Part shown: in pieces, positions 1-8,093 of the stretch | Numbering within the stretch: the stretch's first letter is position 1 | Layout of the letters: every line of letters begins with the position of its first letter | Source: a candidate division WOR-3 bacterium | GTDB taxonomy: Bacteria > Hydrothermota > Tepidihabitantia > SM23-42 > JAOAFX01 | DNA length: 14,771 nucleotides | Assembly: GCA_039802265.1 (NCBI GenBank) | Contig: JBDRWI010000057.1 | Span: 1 to 14,771 of the forward strand | Direction: 5' to 3' | Translations under genes and position numbers: made by a program | Notes under the pieces: generated by a model | Seen by the model: only the letters and a program-made list of their open reading frames with translations | The model's database searches: none | What the model was told of the DNA's origin: nothing

Positions 1-312
1 AATCCGCAATCCGAAATCCGAAATTAGAGGTCTATCCCAATCCATTCAAAAATCACTGCCTAATTAAATTTCCAAATCCCAAACAATTCCGAATTCCGCA
101 ATCCGAAATCCGAAATTTCTTTAAAGATCTACGATGTTGCCGGTCGGGTTGTTAAATCTTTTAATCCTGAATCCTGTATCCTGAATCATGCATCAGGTAT
201 CACCTGGTCTGGTGATGATGATAATGGTCGCAAATTGCCTTCGGGTATCTATTTTATTGAACTCAAAACCCAAAATTACAATGCGATTCAAAAAGTAATT
301 TTATTAGAATGA
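1..312 (+). pseudogene. 3' end of an upstream secreted-protein gene (T9SS/FlgD-like CTD), frameshifted at 69-71
   Basis: Frame 3 reads SAIRNPKLEVYPNPFKNHCLIK and stops at TAA 153-155. The rest of the CTD (FQIPNNSEFRNPKSEISLKIYDVAGRVVKSF...LPSGIYFIELKTQNYNAIQKVILLE*, TGA 310-312) is in frame 1, which is closed upstream (TAG 25-27, TAA 61-63). The sequence has AAATTTCC where the paralogs at 1422 and 4638 have AAATTCC. Could be a sequencing error. Confidence 0.75.
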
Positions 313-371
313 GAATGTTTATTTTAGCGTCCAGTTTTAACTGTACAAAAATACAAACGAAAGGAGAGCCT

Positions 372-1721
372 ATGAAAATTAAATATATGGCGTTGTTTCT
401 TATTCTTTGCAATGTACTGTTCGCCTATCAAAATTTTCATGGGTGTTGTTTAGCACCCGACAATCAGACTGGCTGGGTTGTCACACTTGATTCCATTATT
501 GTACTAAAAACAACCGACGGCGGTGCACACTGGTTTGAACAGTCAAATAATGCGGCAGCAAGGAAATTCTTTGATATCACATGCCGTGATAATCTCAAAG
601 CCTGGACCTGTGGTATTCTTGGAGAAATTACACACACAAATAATGGCGGGCAGACTTGGACCCATCAGGTTCAGGGGCTGGCAAAATATGCTACAAGAAT
701 TGAATTTATTGATGATACATTGGGATGGGTAGTATGTGGAGACGGTGTTGTAGGCAGAACAACCGATGGTGGCGCATACTGGGAACAGATATTCACACCC
801 TGGGCACAGGCAGAATTTTATGGTGTTTCATTTGCTAATGCCTATGAGGGATGGGTAGTTTCAGGATGGCCCGACAGTCTTGACACAGGGCAAGGTTTAA
901 TCATTCACACAACGGATGGTGGGTTTAATTGGAATTTACAATATTTCAGTTCTGTCTATGAAGATTTTTTTGATGTCCATTTTTTTAATGTTAACATAGG
1001 CATAGTGGTCGGTGGTAATGAACAAAATTATTCACCAATAATCTGGAAAACCATTGATGGAGGATATATCTGGACCCCAATTACTGCACCAGCAAATGCA
1101 TATTATCTCCGTGCCCTTGATTTTGTGGATACCCTAAATGGCTGGGCAGTCGGGAGATTTGGTACAATAATCAATACAACTGATGGTGGAAATACCTGGA
1201 ATTTTCAGACAAATCCTGCCACCACAACCTTGTTTGATGTGGATTTCTCTGATACACAACATGGAATTGCCTGCGGTCAGGGGATAATTTTGTACACAAC
1301 GAATGGTGGAAATACCTGGAATACTGGTACAGGAATAGAAGAATCTACAAATTCGCAATCTACAATCCGAAATCCGAAATTATCGGTCTATCCCAATCCA
1401 TTCAAAAATCACTGCCTAATTAAATTCCAAATCCCAAGCACCAAATCCCAAATTCTAAATAACTCCGAACTCCGCAATCCGAAATCCGAAATTTCATCAA
1501 AGATACTAAATGTAGGGCAAGGCTTCAGCCTTGCGATATATGATGTTTCAGGTCGGGCTGTTAAATCTTTTAATCCTGAATCCTGTATCCTGAATCATGC
1601 ATCAGGTATCATCTGGTCTGGTGATGATGACCTTGGTCGCAAACTGCCCGCAGGGGTTTATTTGATAAGATTAGAAACAGACGACTACACCAAAGTAGAG
1701 AAAACAATTCTTTTGAGATAG
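372..1721 (+). CDS. Secreted YCF48-like/BNR (Asp-box) beta-propeller protein with C-terminal T9SS/FlgD-like sorting domain
   Basis: Seven T-[TNI]-[DN]-GG-x-x-W Asp-box repeats. Signal peptide MKIKYMALFLILCNVLFA. RBS AAGGAG at 361-366 favours ATG 372 over ATG 309. CTD motifs YPNPF, IYDVSGR and LPAGVYLI. Confidence 0.88.
   Translation: MKIKYMALFLILCNVLFAYQNFHGCCLAPDNQTGWVVTLDSIIVLKTTDGGAHWFEQSNNAAARKFFDITCRDNLKAWTCGILGEITHTNNGGQTWTHQVQGLAKYATRIEFIDDTLGWVVCGDGVVGRTTDGGAYWEQIFTPWAQAEFYGVSFANAYEGWVVSGWPDSLDTGQGLIIHTTDGGFNWNLQYFSSVYEDFFDVHFFNVNIGIVVGGNEQNYSPIIWKTIDGGYIWTPITAPANAYYLRALDFVDTLNGWAVGRFGTIINTTDGGNTWNFQTNPATTTLFDVDFSDTQHGIACGQGIILYTTNGGNTWNTGTGIEESTNSQSTIRNPKLSVYPNPFKNHCLIKFQIPSTKSQILNNSELRNPKSEISSKILNVGQGFSLAIYDVSGRAVKSFNPESCILNHASGIIWSGDDDLGRKLPAGVYLIRLETDDYTKVEKTILLR
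1342..1613 (+). repeat. Intragenic heptamer tandem arrays in the CTD (AATCCGA, AAATCCC and AATCCTG families)
   Basis: AATTCGC-AATCTAC-AATCCGA-AATCCGA (1350-1377); AAATTCC-AAATCCC-AAGCACC-AAATCCC-AAATTCT (1422-1456); AACTCCG-AACTCCG-CAATCCG-AAATCCG (1461-1488); AATCCTG-AATCCTG-TATCCTG-AATCATG-CATCAGG (1572-1606). Confidence 0.9.
1512..1534 (+). repeat. GTAG-type REP-like palindrome inside the coding sequence
   Basis: GTAG-G-GCAAGGCT-TC-AGCCTTGC, translated as VGQGFSLA. It is absent from the other five CTDs. Confidence 0.75.
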
Positions 1722-1753
1722 GATTGACTCATTAATTTCAGAAAAACCCACTC

Positions 1754-1781
1754 TTGACTTAAGGCTAATAGTGAATAAAAT
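1754..1781 (+). promoter_or_regulatory. Sigma70-like promoter of the first C25 gene
   Basis: TTGACT (1754-1759), 16-bp spacer, TAAAAT (1776-1781). RBS AAAGGAG at 1792-1798. Nearly identical to the promoter at 4949-4976. Confidence 0.65.
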
Positions 1782-1802
1782 TTTCTAATAGAAAGGAGCT
1801 CT

Positions 1803-4800
1803 ATGAAAAAGTTTTTATTATTCTTTGTATTTCTGATTTCTGCAGGTTTTTCCCAGGAAATCGGGGCAAGATATCTGATAATCACGAATGATGCCTTTTA
1901 TGAGGCAATCTTACCCTTTGCCCAATGGAAGCATAAAATGGGATATAAAACAAAGATTGTCCGGGTACCTTCAGAACTTGCCCAGAATGCCACTGCAATC
2001 AGAAACTATATTGTGAATGCCTACAATACCTGGCAGATAAGACCCGAGTTTATCTTATTTGCTGGCGCGCCAAATTATATACCATGGTCTATCAGTACTT
2101 CACCTTACGGCGATAATAATTATACAAATATGGATGGAGATATCTATAACGAAATCCTTTCAGGAAGATTAAATGTCCACAGTGTTTCTGAAGCCCAGAC
2201 TGTTGTTGCCAAGATGTTGAGATATGAACGTTATCCTGATATTTCAGACCCCTTATGGTTTAAAAAAGGTTGTTTAATTGTCAGGGATATTCAGGATGAT
2301 GATTCAATTACCTATCGGCTTGATGCTGAGTATGTGGCGAGTCATATGGTAAATAATGGTTATGTCAAGGTTGATACATTCTTTGCGAGTCGTGGTGCGA
2401 ATGCAACATCAGTGGTAAATGCGACTAATGAAGGAAGGGGTTTTGTTGTCTATCGCGGTAGTGCGACGAATAACTGGTACAATCCTTTTGCCGTCAATCC
2501 TGATGGGCTTACCAATGGGAATAAACTACCGATAGTTATCTCGGCAACCTGCGGTACACTCGCCACTGGGGCAACTCCCACTGTTGCTGAGCGCTGGTTC
2601 TTAACCGGTTCACCCACTAATTTACGGGGTGCGTCAGGTTATTTTGCGACCACAACAAGCATTGTAAACGGCGCCCATTTAAGGAGTGCGGTTACCCGTG
2701 GATTTTTTGATGGTGTATTTTTATATAAAAGACGCACCTTTGCTGAAGCCTGTGAGGATGGCAGGATAAGAGTCTATAATACATATGGCTCAACGACTGA
2801 ATATCAGGGTTTTACTACTATTGGCGATCCAGCAATGACGTTATGGACTACAACACCAAAGTCGATCACTGTTACATATGATTCAATTCTATATGCAGGA
2901 GTTGAAGAAACCCTTCAGGTAAATGTTCAATATCAGGGTAGTCCGGTTGAATCTGCATATGTTTGTATAATGTTTGATACATTAATATATAAAACTGGTT
3001 GGACGAATAGTTCGGGACATGTGTTTTTTGTCTTTACTGCTTCAAATCCAGGGATACTGGATATCACCGTTACCGGAAGAAATCTTTATCCATTTGAAGG
3101 AACTGCATCAATAATTACCGGCAATGTTTTTATCAGTTACCAAGGATGCACAATCAATGATTCATTAGGTAATAATAATGGTAATATTGATCCTGGAGAA
3201 ACAATCTTACTTTACACATTGCTAAAAAATTTAGGGGTAATTCCTGCACAGGCGGTAACTGCGATATTGAGAACGAATGATACATTGGTAGTAATCAGTG
3301 ACAGCATATCCTATTTCGGTAGTATTAACCCAAATGCTTTAAAGGTCGGTATCAATCCTTTCGTTTTTAGCGTTTCGCCGCGTACATATGGGCATCTCAT
3401 TCCCTTTGATTTGATCGTCCACGATGCAAACGACAGTACGTGGACTTTTAATTTTTCTTTGATGACTACCGGTGCGAGTAGCGGTGGCAATGGGACCGGA
3501 CCTGACCCTTATGGATACTACATTTATGACAATACCGATACCGCAACCGGTAACGCCCCAGTATATTCCTGGTTTGAGATTGCAACACCCGCGGGCGGAC
3601 CCGGACAGATAATCCCTGAAATCACAAACGATGATGCAGATACCGTTACGTTACCTTTGCCATTTACATTTAAATTTTATGGCATAAACTACAACACGAT
3701 AGGGGTCTGCTCAAATGGTTTTGTGGAGATTGGCGGAGCAACCTACCCTTATAGTTACAATGACCCGATTCCAACCGTGGGCAGGGCAAAAAGATATGCA
3801 TCCCCATTCTGGGATGACTTAAATCCAAGCCAGCAGCAGATGGGACACGGTGATATCTACCAATATTATAATCCTACCACCCATCTCTGGTATGTTGAAT
3901 TTTACCAAGTTGCTCTCGGTTATGGTGGCGGTGGCCAATGGGAAACATTTCAGATTATTCTACGCGACCCGGCATATTATCCAACGCCAACAGGTGATGG
4001 TGAAATCCTTTTTATGTATCAAACTGTAATAAATCCAAATAGTTGCACGGTTGGTATTGAAGATGAAACCGAAACCCGTGGTTTGCAGTATCTATTTAAT
4101 GGAAGTTACCACCCTAATGCTGCGGCTATCCAAAATGGCAGGGCACTCTTAATCACAACAAAACCACCGATAAGCCAACATTCACCATGGATAGTAATGA
4201 CCGGCTATGTCGTAAACGACTCTGCTGGTGGTAATAACAATGGTATCCCTGAACCGAATGAAACAATAGAGTTGACGGTCTATATTCAGAATGATGGTGA
4301 TACAATCGTGGCAAATTTAAGCGGCATTTTGAGAGCATATTCAACGAGCGTCTCGCTCATTGACTCAGTGGCAAACTTTGGCGATATTGATATTGGACAG
4401 GTTTCGGACAACAGTTCCAATCCTTATATCATCCAGATATCAGACAATCCCGTCGATACCCTGGTTGGCCTGGCAATCTATTTTTCAGGCAATGGTGGAG
4501 ATTACCATACATATGCCTATTTAACTTTAAGGATTCATTCCGAGGTCAAGATTGAAGAAGGTTCAAATTCGCAATCCGCAATCCGAAATCCGAAATTAGA
4601 AATCTATCCCAATCCATTCAAAAATCACTGCGTGATCAAATTCCAAAGTCCAAACAATTCCGCAATCCGCAATCCGAAATCTGAAATTTCATTAAGTATT
4701 TATGATGTTACTGGTCGTCTGGTCAAATCATTTAACCATTTAACCAATTACCAATCTTCAATCATTTGGTCTGCTGATGATAATTCGGGCCTCAGGCTTC

Positions 4801-4874
4801 CTGCGGGTATTTATTTCTTGAAATTTGAGACAGGTGACTACAGGAAAATAGAGAAGATAGTCCTTCTAAAATAA
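1803..4874 (+). CDS. Peptidase C25 (gingipain-fold) family protein with Ig-like domains and a C-terminal T9SS/FlgD-like domain
   Basis: Signal peptide. C25 motifs: YLIIT..F...I.PFAQWKHKMGY, IRNYIVNAY..W...PEFILFAG, SGRL, ISATC, IGDPAM. Ig-like C25_C region (LDITVTGRNLYPF), two D-x-x-GNNNG-x-x-[DE]P-[GN]-ET domains, a GPDPYGY...PFWDDL domain and a CTD. Confidence 0.88.
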   Translation: MKKFLLFFVFLISAGFSQEIGARYLIITNDAFYEAILPFAQWKHKMGYKTKIVRVPSELAQNATAIRNYIVNAYNTWQIRPEFILFAGAPNYIPWSISTSPYGDNNYTNMDGDIYNEILSGRLNVHSVSEAQTVVAKMLRYERYPDISDPLWFKKGCLIVRDIQDDDSITYRLDAEYVASHMVNNGYVKVDTFFASRGANATSVVNATNEGRGFVVYRGSATNNWYNPFAVNPDGLTNGNKLPIVISATCGTLATGATPTVAERWFLTGSPTNLRGASGYFATTTSIVNGAHLRSAVTRGFFDGVFLYKRRTFAEACEDGRIRVYNTYGSTTEYQGFTTIGDPAMTLWTTTPKSITVTYDSILYAGVEETLQVNVQYQGSPVESAYVCIMFDTLIYKTGWTNSSGHVFFVFTASNPGILDITVTGRNLYPFEGTASIITGNVFISYQGCTINDSLGNNNGNIDPGETILLYTLLKNLGVIPAQAVTAILRTNDTLVVISDSISYFGSINPNALKVGINPFVFSVSPRTYGHLIPFDLIVHDANDSTWTFNFSLMTTGASSGGNGTGPDPYGYYIYDNTDTATGNAPVYSWFEIATPAGGPGQIIPEITNDDADTVTLPLPFTFKFYGINYNTIGVCSNGFVEIGGATYPYSYNDPIPTVGRAKRYASPFWDDLNPSQQQMGHGDIYQYYNPTTHLWYVEFYQVALGYGGGGQWETFQIILRDPAYYPTPTGDGEILFMYQTVINPNSCTVGIEDETETRGLQYLFNGSYHPNAAAIQNGRALLITTKPPISQHSPWIVMTGYVVNDSAGGNNNGIPEPNETIELTVYIQNDGDTIVANLSGILRAYSTSVSLIDSVANFGDIDIGQVSDNSSNPYIIQISDNPVDTLVGLAIYFSGNGGDYHTYAYLTLRIHSEVKIEEGSNSQSAIRNPKLEIYPNPFKNHCVIKFQSPNNSAIRNPKSEISLSIYDVTGRLVKSFNHLTNYQSSIIWSADDNSGLRLPAGIYFLKFETGDYRKIEKIVLLK
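2199..2695 (+). repeat. Near-identical block shared with 5392-5888
   Basis: By eye, ~497 bp with a single mismatch (2285 G vs 5478 A); offset 3193. Confidence 0.88.
4566..4755 (+). repeat. Intragenic heptamer and octamer arrays in the CTD
   Basis: AATTCGC-AATCCGC-AATCCGA-AATCCGA (4566-4593); AATTCCG-CAATCCG-CAATCCG-AAATCTG (4656-4683); CATTTAAC-CATTTAAC-CAATTAC-CAAT (4729-4755). Confidence 0.88.
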
Positions 4875-4948
4875 AAGAATAGCACAAGCAAAGACTCACG
4901 GATTTTGAAATCTCATAGCAATACTGTCGTAAGAGAAGAACTGACCTC

Positions 4949-4976
4949 TTGACTTAAGTCTAATTGTGATTATAAT
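4949..4976 (+). promoter_or_regulatory. Sigma70-like promoter of the second C25 gene, overlapped by palindrome GACTTAAGTC
   Basis: TTGACT (4949-4954), 16-bp spacer, TATAAT (4971-4976). RBS AAGAGG at 4981-4986. Confidence 0.75.
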
Positions 4977-4992
4977 TAATAAGAGGAAATAA

Positions 4993-7900
4993 ATGCGGAA
5001 GTTGGCTCTACTTTTAATTTTTTTGACTTCTTTTGCTATCTCTTCCCCGGGAATTGGGGCGCGTTATTTAATAATAACCCATGACCTTTTTTATGATGCA
5101 ATCTTACCCTTTGCCCAATGGAAACACAAAATGGGCTATAAAACAAAAATTGCCCGGGTTCCATCCGAAATTCCTCAGAATGCAACTTCAATAAGAGATT
5201 ATATTGTAAATGCCTACAATAACTGGCAGATAAGACCAGAGTTTATTCTATTTGTTGGCGCGCCAAATTATATACCATGGTCTATCAGTACTTCACCTTA
5301 CGGCGATAATAATTATACGAATATGGATGGGGATATCTATAACGAAATTCTTTCGGGAAGATTAAATGTTCACAGTTTATCTGAAGCTCAAACTGTTGTT
5401 GCCAAGATGTTGAGATATGAACGTTATCCTGATATTTCAGACCCCTTATGGTTTAAAAAAGGTTGTTTAATTGTCAGAGATATTCAGGATGATGATTCAA
5501 TTACCTATCGGCTTGATGCTGAGTATGTGGCGAGTCATATGGTAAATAATGGTTATGTCAAGGTTGATACATTCTTTGCGAGTCGTGGTGCGAATGCAAC
5601 ATCAGTGGTAAATGCGACTAATGAAGGAAGGGGTTTTGTTGTCTATCGCGGTAGTGCGACGAATAACTGGTACAATCCTTTTGCCGTCAATCCTGATGGG
5701 CTTACCAATGGGAATAAACTACCGATAGTTATCTCGGCAACCTGCGGTACACTCGCCACTGGGGCAACTCCCACTGTTGCTGAGCGCTGGTTCTTAACCG
5801 GTTCACCCACTAATTTACGGGGTGCGTCAGGTTATTTTGCGACCACAACAAGCATTGTAAACGGCGCCCATTTAAGGAGTGCGGTTACTCGTGGTTTTTT
5901 TGATGGCGTATTTTTATATAAAAGACGCACCTTTGGTGAAGCCTGTGAGGATGGCAGGTTAAGGGTCTATAATACTTATGGTGCAACAAATGAATATCGT
6001 GGTTTCACTACAATAGGTGACCCGGCAATGACAATATGGACAGATACTCCCAAACTACTTTCTGTAACCTACGATTCCATCCTACATGTAAGTGCCGAAG
6101 AAACCCTTTGCGTAAATGTCCAGCATCAAGGCTCACCTGTTGAGTCTGCTTACATCTGTATTGTGTTTGACACCTTGATTTACCAGACCGGATGGACAGA
6201 CCTTTCAGGTAATATAACCTTCGTGTTTCCGGTTCAAGATACCGGAATAATGAACCTCACAGTTACTGGCAGAAACTTCTATCCATTTGAAGGTGTGATC
6301 TCAATAATTCATAGCAACGTCTATCTCACTCACACAGGAAATATATTGACGGATTCACTGGGAAATAATAATGGCAATTTAGACCCAGGAGAAACAATCT
6401 TATTATGGGCAAAGATAAAAAATATAGGGGCAATGACCGCACAAAATGTAAGAGCAGTGTTAAGAACAACTGATACAATGGTAGTAATAGCAGAAAGTAC
6501 TTCCTTTTATGGTAATATTGAATCACATCAGATATTTCAGGGTTTAAATCCATTTGTATTCACGATTTCTCCCAAGAATTATCAACATTCCGTACCTTTT
6601 GAATTAACAATATATGATTCCAACAATAACACCTGGAATTCAAACTTTTCTCTTATGACCACTGGAACAACCCCTGGCGGCAATGGCACGGGACCGGACC
6701 TGTATGGATACTATATCTATGATGATACAGATACTTTAACAGGAAATGCTCCAGTCTATTCATGGTTTGAAATTGCGCCTTCCGCGGGTGGGCCAGGGTT
6801 GATAATTCCTGAAATTACTGATAGCGACGATGATACAGTCACTTATCCCCTGCCGTTCAATTTTAAGTTTTACGGTATAGATTATAACTCAATCGGAATT
6901 TGTTCAAATGGATTTTTAGAGTTATCAACATCTACCTATCCTTTTGGGGATAACTCTCCAATACCATCAGCATCAGGTCCTAAAAGGCTTGTCGCTCCTT
7001 TCTGGGATGATTTTGACCTGAGTCCTCCACCCGCTGGAAATGGCGATGTCTACTATTATAATGATACAATTAACCATCGTATGATCATTGAATACAAAGA
7101 CTGTAAGCACTATGGTATTATGCCTCTGAATGCAACCTTTCAAGTAATCTTGCTCGATCCTCTTTATTATCCAACGCCAACTGAAGATGGTGAAATTTTA
7201 ATTATGTTTAATACAGTAGACAACCCATATAGTTGTACTATAGGTATTGAAGACGAAACAGAAACCCGAGGGTTACAATATGTTTATAATAACAACTATG
7301 GTCCGGATGCAATGCAGATCATTAATGGTAGGGCTCTATTGATTACCACGAAACCACCCGCTTATCAGCATTCACCCTGGCTTAATCTTATCAGTCATAT
7401 CATTGACGATTCTGCAGGGGGAAATAATAACGGAATTCCTGAACCAAATGAAATCATTGAATTAACAACCTACATACAAAATTCAGGTGACACACTCGTA
7501 TCAAATGTCATAGGAATTTTAAATACAAACTCAACAAGTGTCTCCTTAATTGATACCATTGCGGATTTTGGAAATATTGATATAGGACAGGTCGCTAACA
7601 ATAGTTCACATCCTTATGTTTTACAGATTACTGAAAATCCAATTGATACCCTTGTCGGACTGGTCATCCATTTCTCGGGCAATGATGGAAATTACAGCAC
7701 CAGTGCCTATTTAACTTTAAGGATTCATTCTGAAGTCAAGATTGAAGAAGGTTCAAATTCGCAATCCGCAATCCGAAATCCGAAATTAGAAGTTTATCCC
7801 AATCCATTCAAGAATTACTGCGTGATCAGATTCCAAAGTCCAAACAATTCCGCAATCCGCAATCCGAAATCCGAAATTTCTTTAAAGATCTATGATGTTT

Positions 7901-8073
7901 CCGGTCGTTTGGTCAAATCCTTTAATCCTGAATCCTGTATCCTGAATCATGCATCAGATATCATCTGGTCTAGCGATGATAATCTGGGTCGCAAACTTCC
8001 TTCAGGCGTATATTTTATTGATTTTAAATCCGACGAAATAAAAGAAATGGAAAAAGTTATTATGTTGAGATAA
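4993..8073 (+). CDS. Peptidase C25 family protein, tandem paralog of 1803..4874
   Basis: Colinear with the previous CDS over its full length, with the same motifs, a signal peptide and a CTD. Confidence 0.88.
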   Translation: MRKLALLLIFLTSFAISSPGIGARYLIITHDLFYDAILPFAQWKHKMGYKTKIARVPSEIPQNATSIRDYIVNAYNNWQIRPEFILFVGAPNYIPWSISTSPYGDNNYTNMDGDIYNEILSGRLNVHSLSEAQTVVAKMLRYERYPDISDPLWFKKGCLIVRDIQDDDSITYRLDAEYVASHMVNNGYVKVDTFFASRGANATSVVNATNEGRGFVVYRGSATNNWYNPFAVNPDGLTNGNKLPIVISATCGTLATGATPTVAERWFLTGSPTNLRGASGYFATTTSIVNGAHLRSAVTRGFFDGVFLYKRRTFGEACEDGRLRVYNTYGATNEYRGFTTIGDPAMTIWTDTPKLLSVTYDSILHVSAEETLCVNVQHQGSPVESAYICIVFDTLIYQTGWTDLSGNITFVFPVQDTGIMNLTVTGRNFYPFEGVISIIHSNVYLTHTGNILTDSLGNNNGNLDPGETILLWAKIKNIGAMTAQNVRAVLRTTDTMVVIAESTSFYGNIESHQIFQGLNPFVFTISPKNYQHSVPFELTIYDSNNNTWNSNFSLMTTGTTPGGNGTGPDLYGYYIYDDTDTLTGNAPVYSWFEIAPSAGGPGLIIPEITDSDDDTVTYPLPFNFKFYGIDYNSIGICSNGFLELSTSTYPFGDNSPIPSASGPKRLVAPFWDDFDLSPPPAGNGDVYYYNDTINHRMIIEYKDCKHYGIMPLNATFQVILLDPLYYPTPTEDGEILIMFNTVDNPYSCTIGIEDETETRGLQYVYNNNYGPDAMQIINGRALLITTKPPAYQHSPWLNLISHIIDDSAGGNNNGIPEPNEIIELTTYIQNSGDTLVSNVIGILNTNSTSVSLIDTIADFGNIDIGQVANNSSHPYVLQITENPIDTLVGLVIHFSGNDGNYSTSAYLTLRIHSEVKIEEGSNSQSAIRNPKLEVYPNPFKNYCVIRFQSPNNSAIRNPKSEISLKIYDVSGRLVKSFNPESCILNHASDIIWSSDDNLGRKLPSGVYFIDFKSDEIKEMEKVIMLR
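7756..7964 (+). repeat. Intragenic heptamer arrays in the CTD
   Basis: AATCCG(A/C) arrays at 7756-7783 and 7846-7873. AATCCTG-family array from ~7923. Confidence 0.88.
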
Positions 8074-8093
8074 TTTCGGGGAAAGGGGGAATC

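Noticed and set aside
309..371. ORF-track start at ATG 309
   Set aside because: ATG 372 has an RBS and gives a clean signal peptide; the extension looks non-coding.
372..1330. Photosystem II assembly function (Ycf48)
   Set aside because: Only the generic Asp-box propeller fold is shared, and there is no photosynthetic context.
2040..5970. DGR template/variable repeat pair
   Set aside because: Both copies are coding, the differences are mostly synonymous and not adenine-specific, and there is no reverse transcriptase in the window.
1803..8073. Naming the genes rgpA, kgp or porU
   Set aside because: Only family-level similarity is visible; the architecture and active site differ.
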